The notes beneath the pieces were generated by a model. It was not told the origin of the DNA. It saw nothing but the letters and a program-made list of their open reading frames with translations, and did no database searches. This document shows positions 1-8,660 of a DNA stretch of 64,000 nt, one piece after another. The DNA is taken from the NCBI GenBank assembly GCA_964653485.1, contig CAZZFF010000001.1, positions 65,646 to 129,645 of the forward strand. The letters run 5' to 3'. Each line of letters begins with the position of its first letter. The stretch's first letter is position 1. Position numbers and translations under genes: made by a program. Source of the stretch: an uncultured Verrucomicrobiota bacterium. Its GTDB lineage: Bacteria; Verrucomicrobiota; Verrucomicrobiia; Limisphaerales; UBA8199.

Positions 1-1
1 C

Positions 2-298
2 AACCCGGCGCACCTGGTCGGAAGCCACATCAAGCCCTGGCGCGAGTCCAACAACGAGGAGCGCCTCCACGAAGCCAACGGTTTGCTGCTCACGCCGACC
101 GCAGATCACCTGTTTGACCGGGGCTTCATCAGTTTCGAGGACAACGGCGAGGTCATGGTTTCGCCGGTCGCGGATGCGGTGTCCTTGCGGCGTATGGGCT
201 TGGACCCCCAGAACCCGCCGCGACCGCTCGCTTTCAACACGGACCAGAAGCACTTCCTCGCCCACCACCGGAAGGAGATTTTCCTGGCGGCTGTTTAG
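2..298 (+). CDS. HNH endonuclease (HNH_2-like), C-terminal part; 5' end outside window
   Basis: Frame is open from the window edge to TAG 296-298. Translation HIKPWRESNNEERLHEANGLLLTPTADHLFDRGFISFEDNGEVMVSP shows the His/Asn/His-Phe-Asp layout of HNH_2 nucleases. Confidence 0.8.
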   Translation, partial: NPAHLVGSHIKPWRESNNEERLHEANGLLLTPTADHLFDRGFISFEDNGEVMVSPVADAVSLRRMGLDPQNPPRPLAFNTDQKHFLAHHRKEIFLAAV

Positions 299-455
299 TG
301 GCGTGCCTCTGCGACGGGGAGAGGGTGCGCAAGTCCGCTTCTGCGCCAGCGAATTGAACTTCCGGGTGGGCGGTTCTCTTGCCAGTTGGAGGAGCCGCTT
401 CGGATGCTCAGCGCAGTTTTGCGCTCAGTGTATTCCTGCCAGCAGCCCACGCCCG

Positions 456-932
456 CTATTTACTCTTCCGTGGTCTTCCACGTCGGCGGCTGCCTGGCCT
501 CGGGGGCATTTTACCGTTTGACCGGGATGCCGCCGCCTTGGCCGCGCTGGCCGCTTCTTTGACGCCGCGCTTCAGTTGTCCCAGCAGCACCGCTTCCGGC
601 AACCGGTAACGCCTGAGCGCCGTGGCCTCCAGGTATTGGTGAACGGCACCGTCCACCGGGTCTGTAATGGCCGTCCGAACGCAGGCGTATCCATCCTGGA
701 CCTGTTTGACCCACCCGACCGACTGGTCCGGCAGGACCACCGGTTGGCCCACCCAAGCCCGCTTCCGGCCAAACAGGAACCCCGTCCATTTCCGGTTCTC
801 GCCTGTGCGTTTTGCGCCAAGCCTGCGTCGGATGACAAGTGCCCGCCCGGCCTGGCTTGCGGCAACCTGGAGCAGGTCGGCCTGGCTCGTGACGGGCGGG
901 TCTTTCCTGAAGAGCAGCGACATGAACTTCAT
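456..932 (-). CDS. hypothetical basic protein with AT-hook-like C-terminus (RRRGRPRKSK)
   Basis: 158-aa ORF with balanced composition. The competing + ORF 576-1331 is Arg/Pro/Gly-rich, as expected for a wrong frame. Confidence 0.5.
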   Translation of the reverse strand: MKFMSLLFRKDPPVTSQADLLQVAASQAGRALVIRRRLGAKRTGENRKWTGFLFGRKRAWVGQPVVLPDQSVGWVKQVQDGYACVRTAITDPVDGAVHQYLEATALRRYRLPEAVLLGQLKRGVKEAASAAKAAASRSNGKMPPRPGSRRRGRPRKSK

Positions 933-1488
933 GCCCTATATACCGGGATGCTTCGCAGCATGGGTCACGCTTTGGGTTTGGGGGTCGTTCGGGGCTGCCG
1001 GAGGTGGACGGGTTCGGCGAAGACTCCCTGCAACTCGTTGCGGCCTGGCAGGAAGGCAGGGTTTGCCGCGAAAGCTGGCCCGTCCTGGGTTGCCCGGCCC
1101 GCCGCTGGGCTGACAACAGCCTCCCGTCACCCGTCCGGGCACGTTGGTCCTGGTCGCCGGGGTTTTGGCTACCCTGGATTCGGATATTGGTTCCCTTATC
1201 GCAACTTAGGGTGGTCAGGTGGTCTTGTCGCAGCAGGGCGGATCAGGCGCAGCGTCGGGTTGCCTTACGCGCTTGCGGAACGGCTCCCCGTTTGCCACTC
1301 GGCTCTGGACGTTCTCCGTTGTCAAATTTGACGGCCAACTGACGGTCCGCCCGTCGTCAAGGATTTGACAGGGCATCCGAGCACGGGTTCTTGACACCCG
1401 GAGCCGCGAGCAAGCACACGCTTGCCAGCCCGGCAAACGGCGAAGGTCGGTCCATTTGGCGCAGACGTGTCTGGCAGAGACGGAGGCA

Positions 1489-1680
1489 ACTGGACTGGTT
1501 GTGGTCCAAAGGTTATTCGGCAGGCGACAAGGGGTCTGTCAAATTTGACGCGGTCCTTCGTTCCCAGTCCTGCGTCGGCGGTGATGCCGTACAAATTCAA
1601 ATACGGGCTTCCCTTTTGCACGGGAATCTGCTTGTCTCGTGGACGGAGCAACATGACAAATCAGGCGTCCAGGACCGCCG
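1489..1680 (+). repeat. leader repeat copy A (~190 nt, about 80% identical to 3835-4027), candidate 5' UTR or small RNA
   Basis: Aligned by eye to copy B. Contains the palindrome GTCAAATTTGAC (1538-1549), two hairpins and the ATG at 1653. Confidence 0.75.
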
Positions 1681-1886
1681 TTAACTGCGACCCGCGCCAG
1701 CCCGACAAGGGCGGGCCGGTGGTCGTCGGCAGCCTGGAGACCATCAGCAAGGGCGCGTCCACCCTGCCGGTGTCGGCCCAGAAGCGACTCCACAACCTGC
1801 CCGACGACCTGACCACGAAGGTCAACATCCTCTACCACACCGACGCCCGCGAGGCGCTGTTGAAGGCCATGTTCGTCGAGACATGA
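1653..1886 (+). CDS. small hypothetical protein (77 aa, MTNQASRTAVNC...)
   Basis: The ATG lies at the conserved end of leader copy A. Its TGA stop (1884-1886) directly abuts the ATG of the next ORF (1887). Confidence 0.5.
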   Translation: MTNQASRTAVNCDPRQPDKGGPVVVGSLETISKGASTLPVSAQKRLHNLPDDLTTKVNILYHTDAREALLKAMFVET

Positions 1887-2624
1887 ATGAAGATCGAACC
1901 GGACGACAAAGCAAAGCGGAGTTCGACGGCTACATCAAGCTCGGCGAGACAGACCGGATTCGTGCCGAAGTGGCTACCGCGTAAACCCGGCACTCCGTTT
2001 ACGCGCCGGAGCACCCGAGTGCGAATAGCGGCGAGCTTGACGCCCAGACAAAGGTCACGGAAAGGACTTGTTTTGGTGCTTGTGCTCGGGTTCACAGCAT
2101 TTGGCGCTCTTAAGTTAATAACGGCCCCAAATGACCGCTACTTTGAACTCAAACACGTAGTTGATCAGTCAGAATTAAAGGTTTATGAAAGCGTTGAATC
2201 CCTCGGTATGCTTCCTATACACATCAGCAAGAGACTTGAGATGCTCTCGACTCAGGTTGATGCTGATAGAGCACAAGCGGATAGGATATGGCAGTCAATT
2301 CCGGGGGGCACATTGGTCGAAAGAAATCATGTCCCGGTTGGAGAAAATGTTAAGGTGCGTGACCTAATGGTGAAGGCAACTCGCAATGAAGAAAAACTGT
2401 ATGAAGAAAAACGAATAGCGGGTCGATCCATTGGTCGTTGTCTTATAGGCACAGAACACGCTGCGGTCTGGGACTTATTGCAGAACGCAGATAAGGCACT
2501 CAGCGAGTTTCATGATCGCAACTGGCAACTGAAACATGAAAGACTTGTTGGCAATCTTGTGGTTCTGGGTTCCTTGTTAGCAATGGTCTGTTTTTTCAGG
2601 ATTCTATATAAGTATTTTATCTGA
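1887..2624 (+). CDS. hypothetical membrane protein (two hydrophobic segments, central coiled region)
   Basis: 245-aa ORF. TM-like stretches are LVLVLVLGFTAFGAL and LVVLGSLLAMVCFF. The body (about 2090-2620) is visibly AT-richer than its flanks. Confidence 0.65.
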   Translation: MKIEPDDKAKRSSTATSSSARQTGFVPKWLPRKPGTPFTRRSTRVRIAASLTPRQRSRKGLVLVLVLGFTAFGALKLITAPNDRYFELKHVVDQSELKVYESVESLGMLPIHISKRLEMLSTQVDADRAQADRIWQSIPGGTLVERNHVPVGENVKVRDLMVKATRNEEKLYEEKRIAGRSIGRCLIGTEHAAVWDLLQNADKALSEFHDRNWQLKHERLVGNLVVLGSLLAMVCFFRILYKYFI

Positions 2625-3098
2625 CCCACGCTTCACGTAGGAAACCGTCTGAGCGTCCTGATCGGCGGTAGTCCGGGAGATTCGGTCCCGTCGCGATCCT
2701 TCCGGCTTGGGGAGGAGCGCGGCGCGGTTGGCGCTGGCGGACCACGGCCCGCTACTCAACGAGTCTTCAGGTGGAGACTCCCTCACCGCCTCCGTCATCA
2801 GAGGACCAGTTCCCGTGATTTGCTGGGTCGCAAGGCTCGCCGAAAGCGGGTCCCAGTTGGCCAAGAGGCCCGCCGCCGCGCCTCAGAGGCCACGGGAAGG
2901 TGCGGCCCGCGCATGGGAGCCTGGCCAAGGCCGCGCAGCGGCCCAAAGCCCTGCCGCCTGGGCGGCCCTGTCAAGGCGCGGTGGTGCCCGTCAAAAGTCC
3001 CATTGCGAATGCGTCAGACGCTGCGGAGTCGGCGTCAAATGGCCTGGTTTGGAATCCACTGGCCTCAAAACGAGTTGGGGCCGGTTGCTTGCCGACCG

Positions 3099-3114
3099 AT
3101 TTGACGCGTCAAAT
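3099..3114. promoter_or_regulatory. perfect 16-bp palindrome ATTTGACGCGTCAAAT (member of the GTCAA/TTGAC site family)
   Basis: Read directly from the sequence in an apparently non-coding stretch (2640-3350). Confidence 0.4.
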
Positions 3115-3348
3115 TGGTCTGGACACCCGCCAGCCTCCCGGCATCAGATACGCACGCCAGCCTCCTGCGCGGTCGTTTACCGGTTTGACATGCGCCGGTT
3201 TGACAAGCGGTGCGATCTTGACGGCTTGATCGCGGTTTGTGGGCTTGCAGCGCAGGCCGTTTGGAGCAGTTTGGAACCGTTTCGGCAGGGACCGCAGTAA
3301 GATGCCTATATGGGTGCGCATCGGGGAGACTTACGGCACCGGTTCGCC

Positions 3349-3600
3349 TTACTTCGGTAAATCTGATAAACCGCTTTCCCGCCTGAGCTTTTGACAAGCT
3401 TTAATAAAACCGAGCATTGGTGCGGCTACTATTGGGGATACATCTGCCGCAGTTTTGCTTTTCCATGTTTTCCCTTGGACCTGGCGCAGCCGTTTGTCAG
3501 ATGCCATTCCCGCCGATTTCCTTTCGAGTTTTCGTCTCGTTTTGGGCAGTTGATTCTTGAACCATTTCAACTCAGCATCGAACTCTTCTCTTATATTCAT
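3349..3600 (-). CDS. small hypothetical protein (83 aa, Lys/Arg-rich)
   Basis: ORF in a locally AT-richer segment with protein-like composition. No family recognised. Confidence 0.4.
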   Translation of the reverse strand: MNIREEFDAELKWFKNQLPKTRRKLERKSAGMASDKRLRQVQGKTWKSKTAADVSPIVAAPMLGFIKACQKLRRESGLSDLPK

Positions 3601-3834
3601 CTAGCAGCAGGGTTTCACCTACATCACAAAAGTCAATAGTTGACGAATCCCAGCCAAGAGGCACGCCTGGACCGGCTGGCCCGCCCAGGCTCATGGCCAG
3701 CGGCGGCACTGCCTCCCACGACAGTTTGCAATTCGGCAGTTTGCCAGTCGCGGCTGTGCCACATCCGGTGACGACCCGGCAAACTGCCGGGGTCTGTCAA
3801 TTTGACGCAAACGTATTTGCCCAGAATCGAGGCC

Positions 3835-4027
3835 ACTGGAATGGTCGTGGTCCGCAGGTCTTTCGGCAGGCGGCAAGGGGTCTGTCAAATGTGACACGGT
3901 TCTTTGTTCGCCCAGTCCTTCATCGGCGGTGACACCGTGCAAGTTCAAATATGGGCTTTCCTTTTGCGTGGGAGGATGCTTGATTCGTGGACAGAGCCAC
4001 ATGACAAATCAGGAGTCCACGACTGCT
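3835..4027 (+). repeat. leader repeat copy B (~190 nt), same orientation as copy A
   Basis: Aligns to 1489-1680. Has the palindrome variant GTCAAATGTGAC (3884-3895), both hairpins retained through G-U changes, and an ATG at 4001 followed by MTNQESTTA. Confidence 0.75.
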
Positions 4028-4199
4028 GCTGGCTGCGAAGCGCTGGCACCCTCCTCGCGGGAGCGCACGGGCGGCGAGCGCGATGTCAAGCGGGTGCTGC
4101 GCAGCACGTTGCTGAAATATCAGCTACATCGCGAGCAGGAGTGTTCGACCGGGGCTACGACTACATCCAGCAGTATTATTGACCGCCTGCGACCTCGTT

Positions 4200-4259
4200 A
4201 TGACCGAACCCTCCCTTGCAACGCTGAAGAGGCTCTTTGCCTTCTCGGGCAATCGCTGA
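4200..4259 (+). pseudogene. 19-codon remnant MTEPSLATLKRLFAFSGNR*, resembling the N-terminus of an HNH-type nuclease
   Basis: The LKRLFAxSGNRC-type opening is one I associate with HNH endonucleases. It is cut here by TGA where the Cys codon is expected. Confidence 0.3.
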
Positions 4260-4275
4260 AGCCCTGGGGTGCCCC

Positions 4276-4854
4276 ATGTCCAAGGCGAAGCCCATAACGC
4301 CCGCCGAGTTGGCGGAAATCAAGAAATCCGTGACCGTCGCGGAGGGCAACCAATGGATCGGCCTGACCGCGATTAAGGATTTGAACAAACTGCGCCGCAA
4401 GCAGGCGAAGTTAAGTCCCGAGAAGCGGCGACAAGAAGACATGTTGTTCAGCCTGCGCTACATGCTGGAAAAGAGTTTGGTTGCGCCGCCCATACCTGAA
4501 GTGATCGCGAAGGCTGTTGAAGCGAACGACCTCACGTTTTTCATCCGCTTGGGCGCTACCCTCTCCGGCGACCCCATCCGGGCGGAGGATTATCCCGTGG
4601 AAAAGGGCGAAACACCGTTCCGGGACAAGCTCATAAGGTTTCTACTCACGCACTGGGCCGAGGCGCGTGATGGTTTACCTGAGTTGTTCTACCTTTATCC
4701 CAAGGGGTTGGAAGTCGTCTGCAACCATTGCCTCGGAGTCAACCATCTGAAGGCCGACGCCCTCATTAAGCAGCGCCAGCGGCTCGGCCTAAAGCCGTTC
4801 AAGCGCCAGAAACTCAAGGCCGTGCTCGTCGGGGGCAAACTCCAGTTCTCATAA
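4276..4854 (+). CDS. hypothetical protein (alternative start 4237)
   Basis: ORF 4237-4854. MSKAKPITPAELAEIKK onward is protein-like. No family recognised. Confidence 0.6.
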   Translation: MSKAKPITPAELAEIKKSVTVAEGNQWIGLTAIKDLNKLRRKQAKLSPEKRRQEDMLFSLRYMLEKSLVAPPIPEVIAKAVEANDLTFFIRLGATLSGDPIRAEDYPVEKGETPFRDKLIRFLLTHWAEARDGLPELFYLYPKGLEVVCNHCLGVNHLKADALIKQRQRLGLKPFKRQKLKAVLVGGKLQFS

Positions 4855-5094
4855 CTGGACAAACTTCTTCCGAAATTTCCTGTCCAGGACAGGCGTCCGT
4901 CCATCGTCGTAATCTTGCTCCCGATTGATGCCCCTTTTGCGAGGGGCACAGGTGTTGCAGCCTGTTGAGCAATGAAAACCTGGTTCCAGTTCAGATTCGG
5001 CGTGGCCTTGGCGGTTTGTCCGCACGGGTCAATTCCTCACAGGTTTTCCCCGGCTGCAAACAGGGCCACGCCCTCTTCAAGGAAAGGATAGTAT

Positions 5095-5448
5095 ATGACG
5101 GAAGCAGATGATCGTGCCGTTGAGCGGCTGAAGCACTCCAAGGCCAAAGCGTTGGAGACGTTGTTCGCGGATGGGATCTTCATCGAGGCGAATCGGGAAA
5201 TCGAGGGCGGAACCTCGGGCTGTCCCATCCTCAACCTGGCTGGTGAACTTGTCGCGATCGTGTCCAACTCGTCGGTCCCAATGCCGGGCATGAAATCAAC
5301 TGGGCTGTGCCCGCGCCCGCTCAAAGCCCTGCCCGAGTGGATCTGCGAAAAGGTTCAGGGGCGTCAGCGCCGTCGCCGTGCGCCGGAGCAGCCTAGTCAG
5401 CAGCAGGAGAGCATCAACCTGGGCCAAAATCATAATATGGGAATATGA
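5095..5448 (+). CDS. small protein carrying only the C-terminal part of a trypsin-like serine peptidase fold
   Basis: AAGGAAAGGA Shine-Dalgarno-like sequence precedes the ATG. GGTSGCPILNLAGELVAIVS resembles the GxSGxP active-site strand. No His/Asp half is present. Confidence 0.5.
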   Translation: MTEADDRAVERLKHSKAKALETLFADGIFIEANREIEGGTSGCPILNLAGELVAIVSNSSVPMPGMKSTGLCPRPLKALPEWICEKVQGRQRRRRAPEQPSQQQESINLGQNHNMGI

Positions 5449-6335
5449 GCGAATATATTAGCCTGGCGGGCCTCAAAGCCGAGGGTTGGACTGACGGCCT
5501 CGTGAAGAAGTATCTCGGCGAACCCGACAAGACAGCGCCGAACCCGCACTATAGTCGGGCGGGTGCGCCAATGCGGCTTTATTTGCACAGTCGAGTTGCA
5601 GAGACGATGAAAGGAGGACAGATCCAGGCTGCTCTTGCCGATGCTGCCGCAAAGCGAGCGACCCGCAGATCGGCGGCACAGCGCAGCGTCAACACAAAGG
5701 TTCGGCGGGCAGAGACGGCGATGAGGAGGTCAATCGGGGGGCAGCTTGAGCAGGTGCTGAGCAGTTGGACCTGGCCGCGCCTCGTTAGAGAGGCTTGCGC
5801 CAGCTACAACCGGGGTGACGGCATCCCTGATTGGGCTTACGGCAAACGTGACTGGGCCGACAACCGCAGCGGTAATGCCAGCCCCGACAGCGCCCCCGAG
5901 TTTCTCCTCCGGATTTGCTGCAATTTTGTGCGGCACCAATTATTGAGTTACGAGCACATGCTTGGTGGATACGTCGGCACCGGCGCGGCGCGGGATGTGG
6001 CTCACGACGCGGTGTCAAAGGCCGTCCGAGCGCTCCTGGACCTGACACCCGAGGAGGAGCGGGAGCGCGAAGAGCGAACCCGCATGGAGGAGGAGCAGCG
6101 CAAGGCGGAGCGGCAAGCAGAAGCGGAGCGGCAGCAGGCAGAAGCAGCGCGTCATGAGGCGCGGCAGAAGGAAAGAACCGACCAGGTGGCGAAGCTCATC
6201 CCGTGGGCAAGCCACCGCCAACAGCAAATAATCGCCGCCCGCTATGAGTGCGCTACCCTGGAGCAGTGCCTGGCCGCCGCAAAGGCACTCGGCTTCGACG
6301 GAGACAAGAAGCGCTGGGCTGGCCGATTTTCGTAG
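5445..6335 (+). CDS. hypothetical protein with Glu/Arg/Gln-rich coiled-coil segment
   Basis: 296-aa ORF whose start overlaps the upstream stop (ATGA). Protein-like composition. Confidence 0.65.
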   Translation: MSEYISLAGLKAEGWTDGLVKKYLGEPDKTAPNPHYSRAGAPMRLYLHSRVAETMKGGQIQAALADAAAKRATRRSAAQRSVNTKVRRAETAMRRSIGGQLEQVLSSWTWPRLVREACASYNRGDGIPDWAYGKRDWADNRSGNASPDSAPEFLLRICCNFVRHQLLSYEHMLGGYVGTGAARDVAHDAVSKAVRALLDLTPEEEREREERTRMEEEQRKAERQAEAERQQAEAARHEARQKERTDQVAKLIPWASHRQQQIIAARYECATLEQCLAAAKALGFDGDKKRWAGRFS

Positions 6336-6353
6336 CTTTGTCGTCTAACATAT

Positions 6354-6695
6354 TTGATCGACCTGGTGGACCAACTGCGCCAGCGCAAGGTCGGGTTCAA
6401 GTCGATCTGCAACGGGGCCATTGATACGACCACTGCCTCCGGCGAACTGATCTTCAACGTGTTTGCCAGCCTGGCCCAGTTCGAGCGCCGCCTGATCCAG
6501 GAACGGACCAGGGCCGGGCTGGATGCCGCCCGCGCCCGTGGACGCCTGGGTGGTCGTAAGCCGATGACCCTCAATGACCCTCGGGTCCAGACGGCGAAAA
6601 AGCTGCACTCGGACAAGAGCAACTCCGTGGCGGACATCTGCACGACCCTCCGCATCTCCAGGGCGACGCTCTACCGGTATGTGGCCATGAAGTGA
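6354..6695 (+). pseudogene. serine recombinase (resolvase/invertase) 3' fragment lacking the catalytic N-terminus
   Basis: FASLAQFERRLIQERTRAGLDAARARGRLGGRKP plus a C-terminal HTH (ISRATLYRYV). The first ~90 residues, including the catalytic Ser, are absent. Confidence 0.75.
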
Positions 6696-7842
6696 CCATG
6701 CGCGACGGCGGTCGCAAGTGGGAGGGGGTGGTGTTCAGGGTCAAGAAGGACGGCAGCGGTTACAGCGCCCTGCATGATTTCACCGGCTACCGCAGCGGCG
6801 AGGACGGGAGTTGGCCGCAGGGCGTGGTCGAGGGCAGTGACGGCGCTCTTTACGGCACGACTCAGGTGGGAGGCCGTCCCTTCGGTGTCGAGTATGAGAC
6901 GGGCAGCGGCACGGTGTCCCGCGTGAACAAAGACGGCAGCGGCTACGCGGTCTTGCACCGCTTCCCCGGCGTCACTGGGGATAGGATTGCGCCCTGGGCG
7001 GGCCTGGTGGAAGGCCGCGACGGGGCGCTTTACGGCACGACGCTCCAAAGGGGCGGGGCCAACGGTGGGACGGTATTCAGGTTGAATAAGGACGGCAGCG
7101 GTTACCGCGTGCTGCACAGCTTCCGTGGCAGTGAGGCGGACGGGGGCGGACCGATGGCGGGCTTGCTAGTGGGCAGAGCGATGGCGCACTTTACGGCACA
7201 ACGGACGGCGGCGGCAGCGGGAGCGGCCACAACGGGACCGTGTTCAGGCTGAACCTCGATGGCAGCGGCTACAAAGTGGTTCCCAACTTTCCTGACGGGG
7301 CGGAAGACGGGCGCTTTCCCCGGTCGAGCTTGATTGAAGGCTGGGACGGCACGCTCTACGGGACGACGCAGAACGGAGGCACCAACGACGCCGGAACGCT
7401 GTTCAAGGTCAATAAGGACGGCAGCGGTTATCGGGTGCTGCACAGCTTCACCGGTTCGCTCGGCTCGAAGCCGGACCCTCACGGCATGATGAGGGGTGTG
7501 CTTAACGGCGTGCCCACCAGGTTTTCCGATGAGGGAGAGGGCAGCGGCCCCACGGGTTTGGCGCAAGGGCTGGACGGAGCGCTCTACGGGACGACCGAAT
7601 ACCACGGGAAGAACGGCGGCGGGACGGCGTTCAAGTTGAAAACAGACGGCAGCGACTTCGTCATCCTGCACAATTTTCCCGACACGGAAGGGGATGGCCA
7701 GAACCCGTCAGCGAGTATGGTGCAAGGAAGCGACGGCGCGGTTTATGGGATGACAAAGACATGCAGCACTGACCACTTTGCCACTTTGTTCAGGCTGTCC
7801 TCTTCCGGCTCCCAATCCACGCCCGCGCCCGCTTCAAGGTGA
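6692..7842 (+). pseudogene. GloVer (Gloeo_Verruco) tandem-repeat protein fragment, 5'-truncated and frameshifted near 7165-7178
   Basis: The repeating unit G..P.aGL..g.DGALYGTT..GG..GTVFRLNKDGSGY.VLH.F continues from frame 2 (6692-7252) into frame 1 (7240-7842). There is no signal peptide, and the ORF begins inside a repeat. Confidence 0.7.
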
Positions 7843-7947
7843 TGGCCGAAGAAGTGTCCGCAAACGGGCCGACCAAGGCCGGGCTGGAATCCACGCGTCC
7901 GCGTCGGCGGCTGGACGGGCGCAGTCCGTTCCGTGGAGCAATCCCTT

Positions 7948-8286
7948 TCAGCTATAAGCTTCCATCCCCGCCTTCAATGCGCCCTCGACGGTTCCATCGA
8001 CCAGTTCAAAACCAGGAAACCAGGATTCCTTGGGGTCGTAAGAGCCGGAGCTAGATTTGTGGATGGCAAAGCCCCAAGGCTTCCCAGTCCCTCGATATTC
8101 CAACCGGCAGATGGGGCCGACGTTGCCGAAATCCTCCCGGTCCAAATAAAGGTATTTGCCCTCAAATCGCGCCAGGTAGCGGGAACCGGTCTTCGCCATT
8201 TTTCGCAGGTTGAACCGTTCGATGGTTTGCAGGGCGTTTTCTTTGACTTCGTCTGGGATCGTCGGCTTCTTCACTTCATCCTCCAA
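7948..8286 (-). CDS. hypothetical protein
   Basis: 112-aa ORF, last gene of a minus-strand run (9483 to 7948). Overlaps the upstream gene by 11 nt. Confidence 0.6.
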   Translation of the reverse strand: MEDEVKKPTIPDEVKENALQTIERFNLRKMAKTGSRYLARFEGKYLYLDREDFGNVGPICRLEYRGTGKPWGFAIHKSSSGSYDPKESWFPGFELVDGTVEGALKAGMEAYS

Positions 8287-8623
8287 GCAGGCCCTGAAAT
8301 GTTAGGGGAGTAAGCTCCTGGTAATCGGGCAGTAATCGACGGGCAAGCCCTCTCAATATCGATGGTTGGGCAACCCGATTGATCTTCCAAACAAACTCCT
8401 CCCTCAATTCGGCCAGAAACTTTTGAAGTTCGGTTTCCGTTGCCTCGACCGACACAGCGCCGCCATCCGCGCTGAACCTTTCGACAAGACGCATTCCTAT
8501 CTCAGTCAGGAGCAAGTCCGTCTCGGGATTGTCAACGATGTAGTTGCGCTCCTCCTCTTTGAACTCAATTCGTAGGGCTGGCGCGGCGGGGACGTTCTCG
8601 GGCTTTGCGGTTCGGCGCTTCAT
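8276..8623 (-). CDS. hypothetical protein
   Basis: 115-aa ORF with acidic, helical-looking composition. Confidence 0.6.
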   Translation of the reverse strand: MKRRTAKPENVPAAPALRIEFKEEERNYIVDNPETDLLLTEIGMRLVERFSADGGAVSVEATETELQKFLAELREEFVWKINRVAQPSILRGLARRLLPDYQELTPLTFQGLLGG

Positions 8624-8660
8624 CGTCTGGTCATTGTGATCGTGAAAAACGACGAGCGCG

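Noticed and set aside
576-1331. 251-aa + strand ORF (and overlapping ORFs 511-1116, 667-1113)
   Set aside because: Arg/Pro/Gly/Trp-rich composition is typical of wrong frames in GC-rich DNA. It is antisense to the more protein-like 456-932 ORF.
1322-1654. Minus-strand ORFs across the two leader copies (1322-1654 and 3691-4002) giving similar peptides (QKGSPYLNLYGITAD / QKESPYLNLHGVTAD)
   Set aside because: Differences between the copies are mostly non-synonymous in this frame, and an indel breaks the frame after GLG. The stem substitutions make G-U pairs only on the + strand. The similarity is better explained by a conserved non-coding element.
2707-3300. 197-aa ORF and overlapping ORFs in 2600-3400
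   Set aside because: The sequence is not protein-like (Ala/Arg/Gly/Pro runs, many Trp/Cys). I treat the region as non-coding and carrying TTGAC palindromes. A real small gene cannot be excluded.
4929-4948. GC-rich hairpin TGCCCCT-TTTGCG-AGGGGCA (and CTGGACA...TGTCCAG at 4855-4890) after the 4276-4854 gene as a terminator
   Set aside because: The stems are clear, but no U-tract follows on either strand. I did not call it as a terminator.
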